A stretch of 64,000 nt of DNA from Candidatus Babeliales bacterium (GCA_050179755.1 JBFXEV010000001.1:745994-809993), one strand, 5' to 3'. Shown: positions 9,988-20,074, numbered from the stretch's first letter. Notes: generated by a model from the sequence alone, not told the origin. A program made the numbers and translations.

Positions 9988-10643
9988 TGTTTGAGTGATT
10001 GCAGCATGGTATGCAGTGCATCAGCAAGAGACTGCGCGTATTCCTTTATTTTTTTTGTATTTTGTATGCTTAATTCTATGGCTACGCTTGGAGCAAGAAT
10101 ACCGGTGAGATTCTTTAAAGGAATGGCATGCACTTGGTTGCCAATAATAGTAAATAATGGTTTTGCTTGGAACGAAGTGAGCAATACGTCTGCCATGCGA
10201 TAGCTTGTTTGGTGGTTAGTAAGATGTGCCTGATCAAACGGAATAAAGGCAAGACTATTTGTCCGTATAGTTTTGAGTGCGTCAGAAGGGTCTGCGGCAT
10301 AGGTATATAAACCAAGTTGGGCGTTACTTTCTTGCTGTTCATAGAGCATAATTGCAATATACGCATCAACATTAAGACGGTTTGCTATTGCTGCATGTTG
10401 AAGCGGTTCAACGCTTTGTCCATTAAAGCGCGGCACAATAACGTTGAGTGTTATATCTTTGCGTTCAAGCAGTTCTTTGAGTTCTTCTGCAAGTTGAATG
10501 GAAAGTCCACGTTCATACGAGCCGTGAATGCTGCGCCCTGGATGGCGCGCGTCGCCAGCAGGTTGAAGTAGAAGCGTAAACGCTTCTAACTGATATGAAC
10601 TACATAAAAAGAGTATAAAAAAAATAATATTTTTTAGGTGCAT
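9969..10643 (-). CDS. N-acetylmuramoyl-L-alanine amidase (Amidase_3)-like protein, Zn ligands degenerate
   Basis: Signal peptide; YERGLSIQLAEELKELL, ANRLNVDAYIAI and PSVAIEL motifs; both His ligands missing. Confidence 0.7.
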   Translation of the reverse strand: MHLKNIIFFILFLCSSYQLEAFTLLLQPAGDARHPGRSIHGSYERGLSIQLAEELKELLERKDITLNVIVPRFNGQSVEPLQHAAIANRLNVDAYIAIMLYEQQESNAQLGLYTYAADPSDALKTIRTNSLAFIPFDQAHLTNHQTSYRMADVLLTSFQAKPLFTIIGNQVHAIPLKNLTGILAPSVAIELSIQNTKKIKEYAQSLADALHTMLQSLKQWSLPA

Positions 10644-12817
10644 GTAAGATCAGTGGTTATATAGTGGGTTAAAAACGTGATGCGAATTTGTTGTTTGTCA
10701 TTTTTTACACCCATGGCTATAGCGCGTGATTGACCAATGAATATGCACAGCCTTTTAGCGCGTGTAATGGCAGTATAAATTAAATTACGCTGTAAAAGCA
10801 TAAAATGTTGCATAAAAATAGGCACTATACATGCTGCATATTCAGAGCCTTGGCTTTTGTGAATTGAAATTGCATAAGCAAGTACTAATTCATCAAGTTC
10901 GTCAAACTCATAGATTATAAGCCGCTCATCAAACAGCACGGTAAGCTGTTGCTCTTCTTGATCAACGCTTTCTATGGTACCAATATCGCCATTAAATACT
11001 ACTTTATCGTAATTATTACGTAATTGCATCACGCGATCGCCAACTTTATACGCTGTGCCAAAGCGCATTACGTGTGGTAGCGAGGGATCGGGGTTTAATA
11101 ATCCTTGTAAGTCATGATTAATTTTTTGTGTACCAACAATACCACGGTTCATGGGCACGAGCACGGTAGCCTGCTCTGGCGCAATGCCATAACGTTTTAA
11201 ATGATTCGTGAAAATATCTTCTAAAATTGCAGGTACTTGGCTTGGATCTTCTTCTTTAATGTACATAAAATCTCGCTTGGCTCCGTCATGCGATGAGGTA
11301 GGAAACTCGCCATTATTAATTTTATGCGCATTGAGTATGATCATGCTATCTTGTGCTTGGCGGAAAATATGCTGCAAACGTACAAATGGAATAGTTTTAG
11401 TGGCAATAATATCATGGAGCACGTTGCCGGCGCCAACTGAGGGCAGTTGATCAGTATCGCCAATAAATACTATGTGCGCAGTCAGTGGCAGTGCTTTCAT
11501 GAGCGCGTATGCCAAGAATACGTCGAGCATAGAAGCTTCATCAATAATTAAAAAATCTAAGGTAAGTGCATTTGATTCATTATGCTTAAAGCTCATAATG
11601 CTTGGGTCAAATTCAAGCAAACGATGTAGTGTTGCTGCATGCCTGCCGGTGCCTTCAGTAATTCGTTTTGCAGCGCGTCCGGTGGGTGCTGCCAAGCGGT
11701 AAATAAGACGGTAGTCATCAAGAATTTCAAGCAGTTGCTTGATGAGTGTGGTTTTACCAGTACCAGGGCCGCCCGTAATTACCGTAACTTTATCTTGCAA
11801 ACAACCAAGAATGCCACGCTGCTGCTCTTCATTAAGTGCAAGTTTGCCCGGTGGTGGTTGTGAAATAGTTTTATAGACCTCATCAAGATCAAAAAGATAT
11901 GGGCTTTTGTGTTGCATCACATTTTTAATTTTTTGAGCAAGATTTTTTTCAGTAAAATAATACAGTGAAAGAGTTATGTAATGCACAGCATCATGCGTTA
12001 TCAGTTTAATGTTATTTTCATTATATAATTCATGCAGCGCCGTTTTAACTTTTTGCTCAATAGTTTCACCTTTGAGCTCAAGCAAGGTTATTACCGATTC
12101 TTTTAATGTTTCAAGTTCTACATACAAATGCCCGCGATTGGTGGCATCTTGAATGGCAAAATTAATGCCAGCCTTTATACGTTTGATCGAATCGTGTGGC
12201 AATCCTAATTTTTGAGCAATGCCGTCTGCTGTTTTAAAACCAATGCCCCAAATATCTTGCACCAGCCGATAAGGATTTTCATTCAGCATCGCAATGGATT
12301 CTTTGCCATAGTGCTTATAGATTTTGGTGGCAAGCACAGGAGAGACATCTTTTTCTTGCAAGAACAGCATGATGCTTGAAATCTCTTTTTGATCATGCCA
12401 TGCGGTAATAATTTGTTCTAAACGTTTAGGACCAATGCCTTGTACTTTGCCTAATTTGTGAGGTTCTTTTTCAATGATATCAAGTACGTTTACGCCAAAA
12501 GCATCTACTAATTTTTCTGCATAAACTTTGCCAATGCCTTTGATAAGGCCTGAACCTAAATATTTTTTGAGTCCTAATACCGATGTTGGCATTTGCGTGG
12601 TGCATTGGGTTGCAACAAATTGTTTGCCAAATTTTTTGTGTGTTGACCACGTGCCCATAAGGCTTACGTATTCGCCTGGATGTATTGAGGCAAAATTACC
12701 CGTAACGGTTGTGGAATTTGCGTGAGAAACTTGAAGCACGAACACCGTAAAACCAGTGTCCGTGCTTTGAAATACTATTTTTTCAATAGTGCCATTAAGT
12801 TGTTCAGGTTGGCTCAT
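10634..12817 (-). CDS. recD2: ATP-dependent RecD-like DNA helicase RecD2
   Basis: YLGSGLIKGIG, GGPGTGKTT, APTGRAAKR, IIDEASM, GDTDQLPSVG, HKSQGSEY, YTAITRAK. Confidence 0.96.
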   Translation of the reverse strand: MSQPEQLNGTIEKIVFQSTDTGFTVFVLQVSHANSTTVTGNFASIHPGEYVSLMGTWSTHKKFGKQFVATQCTTQMPTSVLGLKKYLGSGLIKGIGKVYAEKLVDAFGVNVLDIIEKEPHKLGKVQGIGPKRLEQIITAWHDQKEISSIMLFLQEKDVSPVLATKIYKHYGKESIAMLNENPYRLVQDIWGIGFKTADGIAQKLGLPHDSIKRIKAGINFAIQDATNRGHLYVELETLKESVITLLELKGETIEQKVKTALHELYNENNIKLITHDAVHYITLSLYYFTEKNLAQKIKNVMQHKSPYLFDLDEVYKTISQPPPGKLALNEEQQRGILGCLQDKVTVITGGPGTGKTTLIKQLLEILDDYRLIYRLAAPTGRAAKRITEGTGRHAATLHRLLEFDPSIMSFKHNESNALTLDFLIIDEASMLDVFLAYALMKALPLTAHIVFIGDTDQLPSVGAGNVLHDIIATKTIPFVRLQHIFRQAQDSMIILNAHKINNGEFPTSSHDGAKRDFMYIKEEDPSQVPAILEDIFTNHLKRYGIAPEQATVLVPMNRGIVGTQKINHDLQGLLNPDPSLPHVMRFGTAYKVGDRVMQLRNNYDKVVFNGDIGTIESVDQEEQQLTVLFDERLIIYEFDELDELVLAYAISIHKSQGSEYAACIVPIFMQHFMLLQRNLIYTAITRAKRLCIFIGQSRAIAMGVKNDKQQIRITFLTHYITTDLTCT

Positions 12818-13785
12818 GTAGTATGGGTAAGTTTAGTTTTAAGTACTTCATATTGTTCAACTGCCTTGGGGCAGCTTGCAATAAGAGAAGTTAGGAAATC
12901 AAGTAAGTTGCAGCACATATTATCAAGGCGAGCGCAATTGTTGATATCATGATCAAACATGCTCATTTCTGATCCTGGATCTTCTTCACTCCAGCGCAAT
13001 AACATGCTATCTTTATGACCAGCTTTTTCTGCCCATTCTTCTATTAATGGCACCATAAAATCTTTAGAGCCGCGCGCTTGTTCCATAAATGGGAACGTAA
13101 GATCGGCAAATGATTTTTTAGCTTGAGCAAGTGCCGGTGCAAGGAGTTGCGTTTGTTGCATGCGCTTATGTTCAAGTTCTGTAAGCTCTTTGGTAAATTG
13201 TTCAAAGTTTTCGATATGTTCTTTTTTGAGTGCTTCAAGTTCTTCGGCAATCAGCATATCTTGCTTACGCATAATAGCTCGTTTTGCTTGTTTTATTGCA
13301 ATATCACGAGTTTCATCGCCTTTATGGCGTAACATCATTTCTTCTTCTAACTTTTGAACTTGAGCTTCAAATTGTTCAATGAGTGCTTGCTCCCGTGCTT
13401 GCCATTTACCATTAAAACGAACTGAATCAAGATATTTGTTTTCTAATTCTTCGCGTGCAGCTTTATAAGTTGCCTGTATGCGTTCCTCTATGCGTGCAAG
13501 CATGTGGAGCGTTGCTTTTTTATCTTGAAAATCAAACGTACCTACTCTTTTTTTGGTTTGTTGATCTAGAATACCATGAATGATGCCGCGTAATCTATGA
13601 ATAATAAGTTTCATATCAAGAATAGTATGCCCGTCCATTGCGTGGGAAATGCCATCAATAAACTTGAGCACGCGTGAAGTGAGTATAATTCCTTGTGATT
13701 CTTCAGCATGTAGTGTTGATGTTGCTTGAACTAATAATGCGCTTAAAATGAGCGCGCCAAAACGCTTAGACATAAATGATTGCAT
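12814..13785 (-). CDS. Exported coiled-coil hypothetical protein
   Basis: 323-aa ORF with signal peptide (TLHA-E); overlaps the recD2 start by 4 nt. Confidence 0.75.
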   Translation of the reverse strand: MQSFMSKRFGALILSALLVQATSTLHAEESQGIILTSRVLKFIDGISHAMDGHTILDMKLIIHRLRGIIHGILDQQTKKRVGTFDFQDKKATLHMLARIEERIQATYKAAREELENKYLDSVRFNGKWQAREQALIEQFEAQVQKLEEEMMLRHKGDETRDIAIKQAKRAIMRKQDMLIAEELEALKKEHIENFEQFTKELTELEHKRMQQTQLLAPALAQAKKSFADLTFPFMEQARGSKDFMVPLIEEWAEKAGHKDSMLLRWSEEDPGSEMSMFDHDINNCARLDNMCCNLLDFLTSLIASCPKAVEQYEVLKTKLTHTT

Positions 13786-13808
13786 AGTGAAGTCCTTTTT
13801 GTCGTTAG

Positions 13809-15416
13809 TTAAATGGTCATGTCAAAATATAATGCACCGGTAAAGTCTTTGCCTATTCCTGTAGACAAGATTGTTGCATCAAGATGGAACCCAATATAAT
13901 AATCCCTGCATGTGCCTTGTTTTTTGTATATAAGATCGCCAAACAGTTTACTTTGATATGCGCACGGCTTAATTGCAATTTCTTTACGCAGTCGGGCAAT
14001 TTGTGCCGCTGTTGCATTGATTGTACCTAATTTTTCTTTATCTTGCCAATAGAGATCATAACCGAATTGAAAATCAAACGTTTTGCCGTGATACGTAAGG
14101 CTAGTGTTCCAGATAAAAATGAACCCAGGTGAAATATGTGTTTCATACATAGTAGGAAACAACGTTTCTATAAGTTGTTGATTGAGAAAGTTTAAATTTT
14201 CTTGGCAAACAATAGGATTCGTAGACGTATAATCTCTATCAAATTCTGCAGGGTCTTTGTGCATAATATAAAAACGTTTTTCTTTGCGTGGCGTTATATA
14301 TTCAAGTGATGATTTTGATCGCAACGTCCAACAATTAGATAATTCAAGTTGTTGATCGGCAAATATGCCAAGACCAAAATGGCCTTCATTGCCCATGCCC
14401 GTTTCAAGCACTATAGTGGATAATCGATCAACTGCTGCAATTAAAAATTCGGTTCCTTCTTCAATGGCGCGTGGTATATCTTTATCAACAAGAATAGTAT
14501 TTATAAAATTAAGGAGATTAAAATTTGGTGCGGGTGTAGTTTTAGAAAAATGAGTGCCATATAAACCTTGTTTCCATGCAAATGCGGTAGGAATAGTAAA
14601 AAGGCCACCAATGCGTGCAAAAGCGTAATCGGTTTGATAAGGCATGTAGCCAAGTTCTATACGCGTATCGCCTACACCAAGTTTATCAATAATTACATGT
14701 TTTCGAGCAAAATCCATAGGATCATCTTGTGGTGGAACTCCTGCTCGTTCAAGTAATATTTGTTCTTCATCAGTGAGTGATAAATTACGTTCTAAATAAT
14801 ACCACGGTGCGTAAGCGCGTACATGCCAATTACACCCCCAAACATGTTGAATACCAAACATTAAACCAAGTCTACGCTCTTGCAGTTTCATATTGCTAAA
14901 TATTGCAAGTACGTCAGGAACATTTACTTCAATTTCAAATTCTTCTATACGTCGAATTAAGTTTGGATTATTAAGTAGAATATACGATTTTAGTTGTGTA
15001 CTTTCTTTGGTGTAATAACCATTCGATGTTTGATTATAAAAAAGTTGTGTCCAAAAATAATTTTCACAAGGATAGAAATAGTGATGATAAAAACCAGGTA
15101 AATTAAGTAAGGACCTGCTATTGTTGGGATTTGTATGAAGATAGAGATCTTCTTGAAGTACTATTTGTGCCTCAATAGGAGGATTAGTAATCAAGGTAAC
15201 TACATCGCATGCCGTTAACGGGTCGACTTGATGGAGTTCAATTGCTCGTTTGGCTTCATCTGAATTAATAAAAGAGTCATCAGTTGGTTCTTCTTCTTTT
15301 TCATTCACAAAAATATCATCAAAGGTAAAAGATAAATCATCGTTCATGCATATAAGAAAAGAAGAAAAAAAAGAAGTGATTAAAAGAAGAAAAAGCGCAC
15401 ATTTTATTTTAATCAT
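13809..15416 (-). CDS. Exported, probable outer-membrane beta-barrel-type hypothetical protein (paralog of 36484-38022)
   Basis: Likely start MIKIKCALF at 15416 (or 15428). Signal peptide, alternating aromatic beta-strands, shared motifs TIPTA and GNEGHFGLG. Confidence 0.7.
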   Translation of the reverse strand: MIKIKCALFLLLITSFFSSFLICMNDDLSFTFDDIFVNEKEEEPTDDSFINSDEAKRAIELHQVDPLTACDVVTLITNPPIEAQIVLQEDLYLHTNPNNSRSLLNLPGFYHHYFYPCENYFWTQLFYNQTSNGYYTKESTQLKSYILLNNPNLIRRIEEFEIEVNVPDVLAIFSNMKLQERRLGLMFGIQHVWGCNWHVRAYAPWYYLERNLSLTDEEQILLERAGVPPQDDPMDFARKHVIIDKLGVGDTRIELGYMPYQTDYAFARIGGLFTIPTAFAWKQGLYGTHFSKTTPAPNFNLLNFINTILVDKDIPRAIEEGTEFLIAAVDRLSTIVLETGMGNEGHFGLGIFADQQLELSNCWTLRSKSSLEYITPRKEKRFYIMHKDPAEFDRDYTSTNPIVCQENLNFLNQQLIETLFPTMYETHISPGFIFIWNTSLTYHGKTFDFQFGYDLYWQDKEKLGTINATAAQIARLRKEIAIKPCAYQSKLFGDLIYKKQGTCRDYYIGFHLDATILSTGIGKDFTGALYFDMTI

Positions 15417-15643
15417 TTTGTTTACCATAGTTAAATTTATTATTACTTTTAAAGAGAGTTTAAATTGAGAAAAAGTAAGTTTAAGAAATATCGTGTGTGT
15501 ATAGTGTAGCAGTTTCTTGAGAGTAAGACAAAAGCTGTAATTGACTAGCTTTTTTCTTACTCGCGTTTTTAAGAGCAACGTGGTACGCTTGTTAACGTTC
15601 ACATATTTATAAACAAACATTAAAGAGCAAAGGGCAATCTGCC

Positions 15644-16378
15644 ATGATAGCTGAGCGTAAAAATCGCCCACAATGTTTAGTGGTAGAGGGTAATATTGGA
15701 GCAGGCAAATCTACGTTTCTAAAAATATTAGAGCGGTCACTTAATGTGCAAGTTGTTTATGAACCGCATCGCAAATGGCAAGAAGTAGATGGTCACGAAA
15801 ATCTGCTTGATTTGTTTTATAAAGATATTAATAGATGGTCGTACACGTTTCAAAGTTATGCATTCGTAACTCGCATAGTAGAGCAAGAAGCATACTTAAA
15901 AAAATGCACACAACCGTTTCAGATTCTTGAACGATCTGTATATTCAGACAGATATTGTTTTGCCAAAAACTGTTTTCAAATGGGTGTTATGAGTTCACTT
16001 GAATGGAAGTTATATCAAGAATGGTTTGCGTGGCTTGTTGATAATTATTCCACTAAGCCAGATGGCTTTATTTATTTGCAAACAGACCCAAGCGTATGTT
16101 ATGACCGTTTACGTAAACGAAACCGTACTGAAGAAGTTGGGGTAACGCCAGAATATTTGAAAATGCTTCATGATAAGCATGAACAATGGTTGATGGAGAA
16201 AAAGGACGTGGCGCCTTATCTTAAAGAATTGCCAGTTTTGGCTCTTTCTTGTAATAATGATTTTGAAGACGATCAAGAAGAGCAACAGCGCCATCTTGAA
16301 AAAATTTGTGAGGCTTTTGGGGTTACTATGTACCAAAAAGCTACTGGCGGTGGGCATGAAATGCAAATATCTTTATAA
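15644..16378 (+). CDS. Deoxynucleoside kinase (dNK family)
   Basis: VVEGNIGAGKST, LERSVYSDRYCF, RLRKRNRTEE. Confidence 0.93.
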   Translation: MIAERKNRPQCLVVEGNIGAGKSTFLKILERSLNVQVVYEPHRKWQEVDGHENLLDLFYKDINRWSYTFQSYAFVTRIVEQEAYLKKCTQPFQILERSVYSDRYCFAKNCFQMGVMSSLEWKLYQEWFAWLVDNYSTKPDGFIYLQTDPSVCYDRLRKRNRTEEVGVTPEYLKMLHDKHEQWLMEKKDVAPYLKELPVLALSCNNDFEDDQEEQQRHLEKICEAFGVTMYQKATGGGHEMQISL

Positions 16379-16546
16379 TTTTATTAAAATTTGTGCGTAA
16401 GGGCTTGAACAAAGCCCTTTAATAGGAGTAGACTAAGTAAAGTAAGGATAAGGAAAAGGTTCCTTGCCAGAGCTCGTTTGCGCCTGAATGTTTTTAAGCC
16501 TTCACGCATAAAAAATATAATTATTCAAGTATAAGGGGTATTTATA

Positions 16547-16792
16547 ATGCAAGAAATGGAAATAGCCAAAGCAGCTGCATTTATTGGTGCTGCTCTTGCC
16601 ATGGGCATTGGGGGCTTATCTCCTGCATATGCTCAAGGTCTGGTTGGTGCGCAAGCATGCAAATCTATTGGTAAGTATCCAGAAGGCGCGGATAAAATTC
16701 GTAATGCAATGATACTTTCTCTCAGTATTATTGAGTCTACGGCTGTATATGCCCTTCTTGTTGCTTTGTTGCTGATAATTTTTAACAGATAA
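16547..16792 (+). CDS. atpE: F-type ATP synthase subunit c
   Basis: 81-aa hairpin with Gly-rich helix 1 and conserved Glu in IIESTAVY. Confidence 0.95.
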   Translation: MQEMEIAKAAAFIGAALAMGIGGLSPAYAQGLVGAQACKSIGKYPEGADKIRNAMILSLSIIESTAVYALLVALLLIIFNR

Positions 16793-16809
16793 CATAAGGT
16801 TGTACGTTC

Positions 16810-17172
16810 ATGTTGAACGGTACGTTCTTCATGCAGATCATACATTTTCTCATTGCCTATGTAATTATAGAGCGGTGGCTATTTCGCCCTGTTGTGCAAG
16901 AGATTCAGCGCGATCATGAAGAAAAAAAACAACTTAAAGAAAAGCTTGATGCACAGACATTGGCGGTAAAGCAGCTTGAGGCCAGTCAACGACAAGTTTG
17001 GTTGTCAGCTCACGAGAGATTTTCAACCATAGAGCCGTCTCTTAAACAGGTAAGTTCGTTTAAAGTTGTTCAACAATTGCCCGATATTCCCGAGCTTGAA
17101 ACTGCTCAAAAACAAGAACTTATTGATCAATGTGTAACTGCCTTAGTGAAAGAAATTGAACATGTTACTTAG
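16810..17172 (+). CDS. ATP synthase peripheral stalk subunit b'-like
   Basis: NGTFFMQIIHFLI..LFRPV N-terminal TM plus coiled coil, between atpE and atpF. Confidence 0.8.
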   Translation: MLNGTFFMQIIHFLIAYVIIERWLFRPVVQEIQRDHEEKKQLKEKLDAQTLAVKQLEASQRQVWLSAHERFSTIEPSLKQVSSFKVVQQLPDIPELETAQKQELIDQCVTALVKEIEHVT

Positions 17173-17647
17173 TTCAATGTTCTTTACGCTGATTAATTTT
17201 GGCATTTTTATTGTTCTTTGTGTCTATCTATACCAAAAATATGGCAAACAGCTCCTTTTTGAGCATATGCGTTCTCAAGAAGATGCGGTGCAGATTCTAA
17301 AGCTTGAGGCGGAAGCATTTCATGAAGAAGAGCAACGGCTTAAAAAGCAAATTGTGGAAGAATCACAGTTAATTGAAACTCTTCAAGAAAAAGTTGCGCG
17401 GTGGCGTGCTGCCACTGATGCGGCACTTGATAATGAGCGCAAAGCACAAGCTGCTATTCAAATTCAACTTAAAAAAAAGGCGCAGCAGCAAGGTGATTGG
17501 TATGCAAAATATACGCTCGCGCAGCGCATATTGCCCGAAGTAATTCAAAAAACACATGATCAGCTTGTTCACGTTTTTGATCCTTTGTATAAGAAACAAG
17601 AATATACCGAGCATATCGTACATTTTCTTGAAAAGAGTAAGCAATGA
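17156..17647 (+). CDS. atpF: ATP synthase subunit b
   Basis: INFGIFIVL TM helix plus coiled coil; operon position. Confidence 0.78.
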   Translation: MNMLLSSMFFTLINFGIFIVLCVYLYQKYGKQLLFEHMRSQEDAVQILKLEAEAFHEEEQRLKKQIVEESQLIETLQEKVARWRAATDAALDNERKAQAAIQIQLKKKAQQQGDWYAKYTLAQRILPEVIQKTHDQLVHVFDPLYKKQEYTEHIVHFLEKSKQ

Positions 17648-18183
17648 ATGGTGAACTGATACTAAGTAGGCGCTATGCGACCGCGTATGTAAATGTGTAT
17701 GGTGCGCAGCTTGATCTTGGCATAAGTGATCGCTTAGAGAAAGCTGCTGAATTTTTACAGAATACTCCTGCAGCACAGTTGGTTTTAAAACTATCTACAC
17801 TACAATCTTCGGTGCTCAAAAAAGCTTTAGAACAACTATGTACCAAGTTTACTATTCCTCTGTCACTATTGGATTTGGTGGCTCTTTTAATTGAGCATAA
17901 CAGGCTGTCTTTATTGGTAGGTATTCTTTATCAAATTGCAGACATTTATAAAGCACGTAAGGGAATTCAAACATTCCAGTTTATAAGCCCCTTGCCTCTT
18001 GATGCGCATACGAGAGAGCGCATTGCGTTGTTTTTGAAAAATAGCTCTTTTAACACTATTGTATATACCGAAAAGATAGATCCCTCATTGATTGCTGGTA
18101 TTCGTTTACAAAGTGATACGCTCCTTTGGGAATATTCCATAAAGAAACAGCTTAATCAATTACAACATAATTTTACTCTGTAA
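17644..18183 (+). CDS. atpH: ATP synthase subunit delta
   Basis: SRRYATA and IDPSLIAGIRL motifs; precedes atpA. Confidence 0.9.
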   Translation: MNGELILSRRYATAYVNVYGAQLDLGISDRLEKAAEFLQNTPAAQLVLKLSTLQSSVLKKALEQLCTKFTIPLSLLDLVALLIEHNRLSLLVGILYQIADIYKARKGIQTFQFISPLPLDAHTRERIALFLKNSSFNTIVYTEKIDPSLIAGIRLQSDTLLWEYSIKKQLNQLQHNFTL

Positions 18184-18193
18184 GGAACAAGGC

Positions 18194-19693
18194 ATGGAGG
18201 TAAAAAACAGTGATTTAGTATCACTTTTTGAAAAATCACTCGGTGGTTTACAAGATCAAAAACTTGATGAAATTGGTATTGTCATTCAAGTTGGTGACGG
18301 TATTTGCCGTGTACATGGGCTTACAAACGCAGTTTATGGTGAACTTATTACGTTTGAAGGCGGCAATAGAGGTATAGTATTTAATTTAGATGAAGATTTT
18401 GTTGCTATATTCTTGCTTAATCGGTCAATTCCGGTAGTTGAACATGAAGTGGCAAAACGCACGGGTGGCGTTTTTAAAACACCAGTAGGTATGAAGTTGC
18501 TTGGCCGTGTACTTAACCCTTTAGGGGAACCACTTGATGCGCTTGGTGCATTAGAGCCTGCTGAATATCGGCCGGTAGAAGCGCAGGCGCCTGGCGTAAT
18601 AGAGCGCAGCCCGGTGGATGAATCTTTAGAAACAGGCGTTATGGTTATTGACGCATTGATTCCTATTGGTAAAGGTCAACGTGAACTTCTTATAGGTAAC
18701 CGTAATACCGGTAAAACGGTGATTGCACTTGATACTATTTTGCATCAAAAAGGCAAAGACGTGTTGTGCATTTATGTGTCTATTGGCCAGCGTCAAGCAA
18801 ATCTTGCGCGCTTTGTGCACACTTTGGAAGAACGTGGCGCACTTGAATATACCGTTGTTGTTGCTGCCGATTCATCAGAAGCGGTACTTAGCCAATTTTT
18901 AGCACCCTATGTGGGATGTACCATTGCCGAATATTTCCGCGATCAAGGTAAAGACGTGCTCATAGTATATGACGATCTGAGCAGCCATGCCATTGCGTAT
19001 CGTGAAATGTCACTGTTATTGCGCCGTGCACCAGGGCGAGAAGCATACCCTGGCGACGTCTTTTATTTACATTCGCGCTTACTTGAACGCGCGGGTAAAT
19101 TGGCAAAAGGAGGTTCTATCACAGCACTGCCTATTGTGCAAGTGCAAAGTGACGATATTACTGCCTATATTCCTACCAATTTAATTTCCATTACTGATGG
19201 CCAAATATTTTTGGATACTAAACTGTTTAATACAGGGATACGCCCTGCAGTTAACATTGAACTTTCAGTCTCTCGCGTGGGCGGTGCTGCACAAACGAAA
19301 GCTATTAAAAGTGTAACCAAAGCGCTTCGATTGGAACTTGCACAGTATCACGAACTCTTGGATTTCTCTCAGTTTGGTACCGAGCTTGATGTGGTGGCCC
19401 AACGCAGACTCGCTCGCGGCCGTCTTGCCATTGAGCTTTTAAAGCAGCCACAATTTGTGGGGTATAACTTTGTGGATCAAACGCTTATGCTCTTTTTATT
19501 GCAGGAAAATTACCTTGATAAGCTCAAACCTGAAAACGTATATACTTTTGCACGCCAATATGTCAGCTATGTAAAATCTGTCTATCAAGACGTGTATGAT
19601 GCTATTTTTGAAAGTCAAAATTTAACTGAGTCTGATCGTAAAAAGCTCAGAGAAATTGCCACAGAATTCAATAAAGTTTTTGTGCCGAAGTAA
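18194..19693 (+). CDS. atpA: ATP synthase subunit alpha
   Basis: VGDGI, PIGKGQRELLIG..TGKT, PGREAYPGDVFYLHSRLLERA, SVSRVGGAAQ. Confidence 0.98.
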   Translation: MEVKNSDLVSLFEKSLGGLQDQKLDEIGIVIQVGDGICRVHGLTNAVYGELITFEGGNRGIVFNLDEDFVAIFLLNRSIPVVEHEVAKRTGGVFKTPVGMKLLGRVLNPLGEPLDALGALEPAEYRPVEAQAPGVIERSPVDESLETGVMVIDALIPIGKGQRELLIGNRNTGKTVIALDTILHQKGKDVLCIYVSIGQRQANLARFVHTLEERGALEYTVVVAADSSEAVLSQFLAPYVGCTIAEYFRDQGKDVLIVYDDLSSHAIAYREMSLLLRRAPGREAYPGDVFYLHSRLLERAGKLAKGGSITALPIVQVQSDDITAYIPTNLISITDGQIFLDTKLFNTGIRPAVNIELSVSRVGGAAQTKAIKSVTKALRLELAQYHELLDFSQFGTELDVVAQRRLARGRLAIELLKQPQFVGYNFVDQTLMLFLLQENYLDKLKPENVYTFARQYVSYVKSVYQDVYDAIFESQNLTESDRKKLREIATEFNKVFVPK

Positions 19694-19702
19694 GTTACAA
19701 AA

Positions 19703-19793
19703 CTGCTCACCCTTTTCTTGATACACATTGCTTCGCAATTCACTTGAGATGAGCGGTATCGACCTAGCCCGGCGTAGCTTTAGTGAAGACGGG
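19703..19793. repeat. Two adjacent REP-like palindromes (ATGAGCGG family 19703-19756; CGTAGC family 19768-19793)
   Basis: ctgctca..cttgatac..gagatgagcgg resembles 45834-45895; cccggcgtagctttagtgaagacggg resembles the other CGTAGC copies. Confidence 0.65.
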
Positions 19794-19855
19794 AGGGTTT
19801 TTGGGTGGTGTAAAATTGTGATTTCATTAAAGATCAGGTACAATAATACTCTCAG

Positions 19856-19932
19856 GTGCCCGTAGCTCAGCTGGATAGAGCGACTGACTTCTAATCAGTA
19901 GGTCGAAGGTTCAAGTCCTTCCGGGCACACCA
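19856..19932 (+). tRNA. tRNA-Arg(TCT)
   Basis: Acceptor stem gtgcccg/cgggcac, D arm gctcagctggatagagc, anticodon arm actga-cttctaa-tcagt, T loop gttcaag, encoded CCA. Confidence 0.97.
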
Positions 19933-20074
19933 GCCTAGGCTAAAGCTACGGCTGGCACGGCCAGTCTCTTTAATGGATCTAACTTAATAATTACAATAAC
20001 ATTCGTTACCGATAGCGAAGTATGCCCTTCGTCCTTCGACAGGCTCAGGATGAGCGGGTTTAGCGTAGTAGGGC
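19930..20074. repeat. REP-like palindrome cluster downstream of the tRNA, including a nested element
   Basis: ccagcctaggctaaagctacggctgg (19930-19955); gcccttcg[tccttcgacaggctcaggatgagcggg]tttagcgtagtagggc (20024-20074). Confidence 0.7.

Noticed and set aside
15417..15671. N-terminal extension of ORF 13809-15671 (similarly 4579-4668, 22197-22280 and 27518-27547)
   Set aside because: These run through AT-rich promoter DNA or overlap a neighbouring gene; downstream ATGs give proper signal peptides or domain starts.
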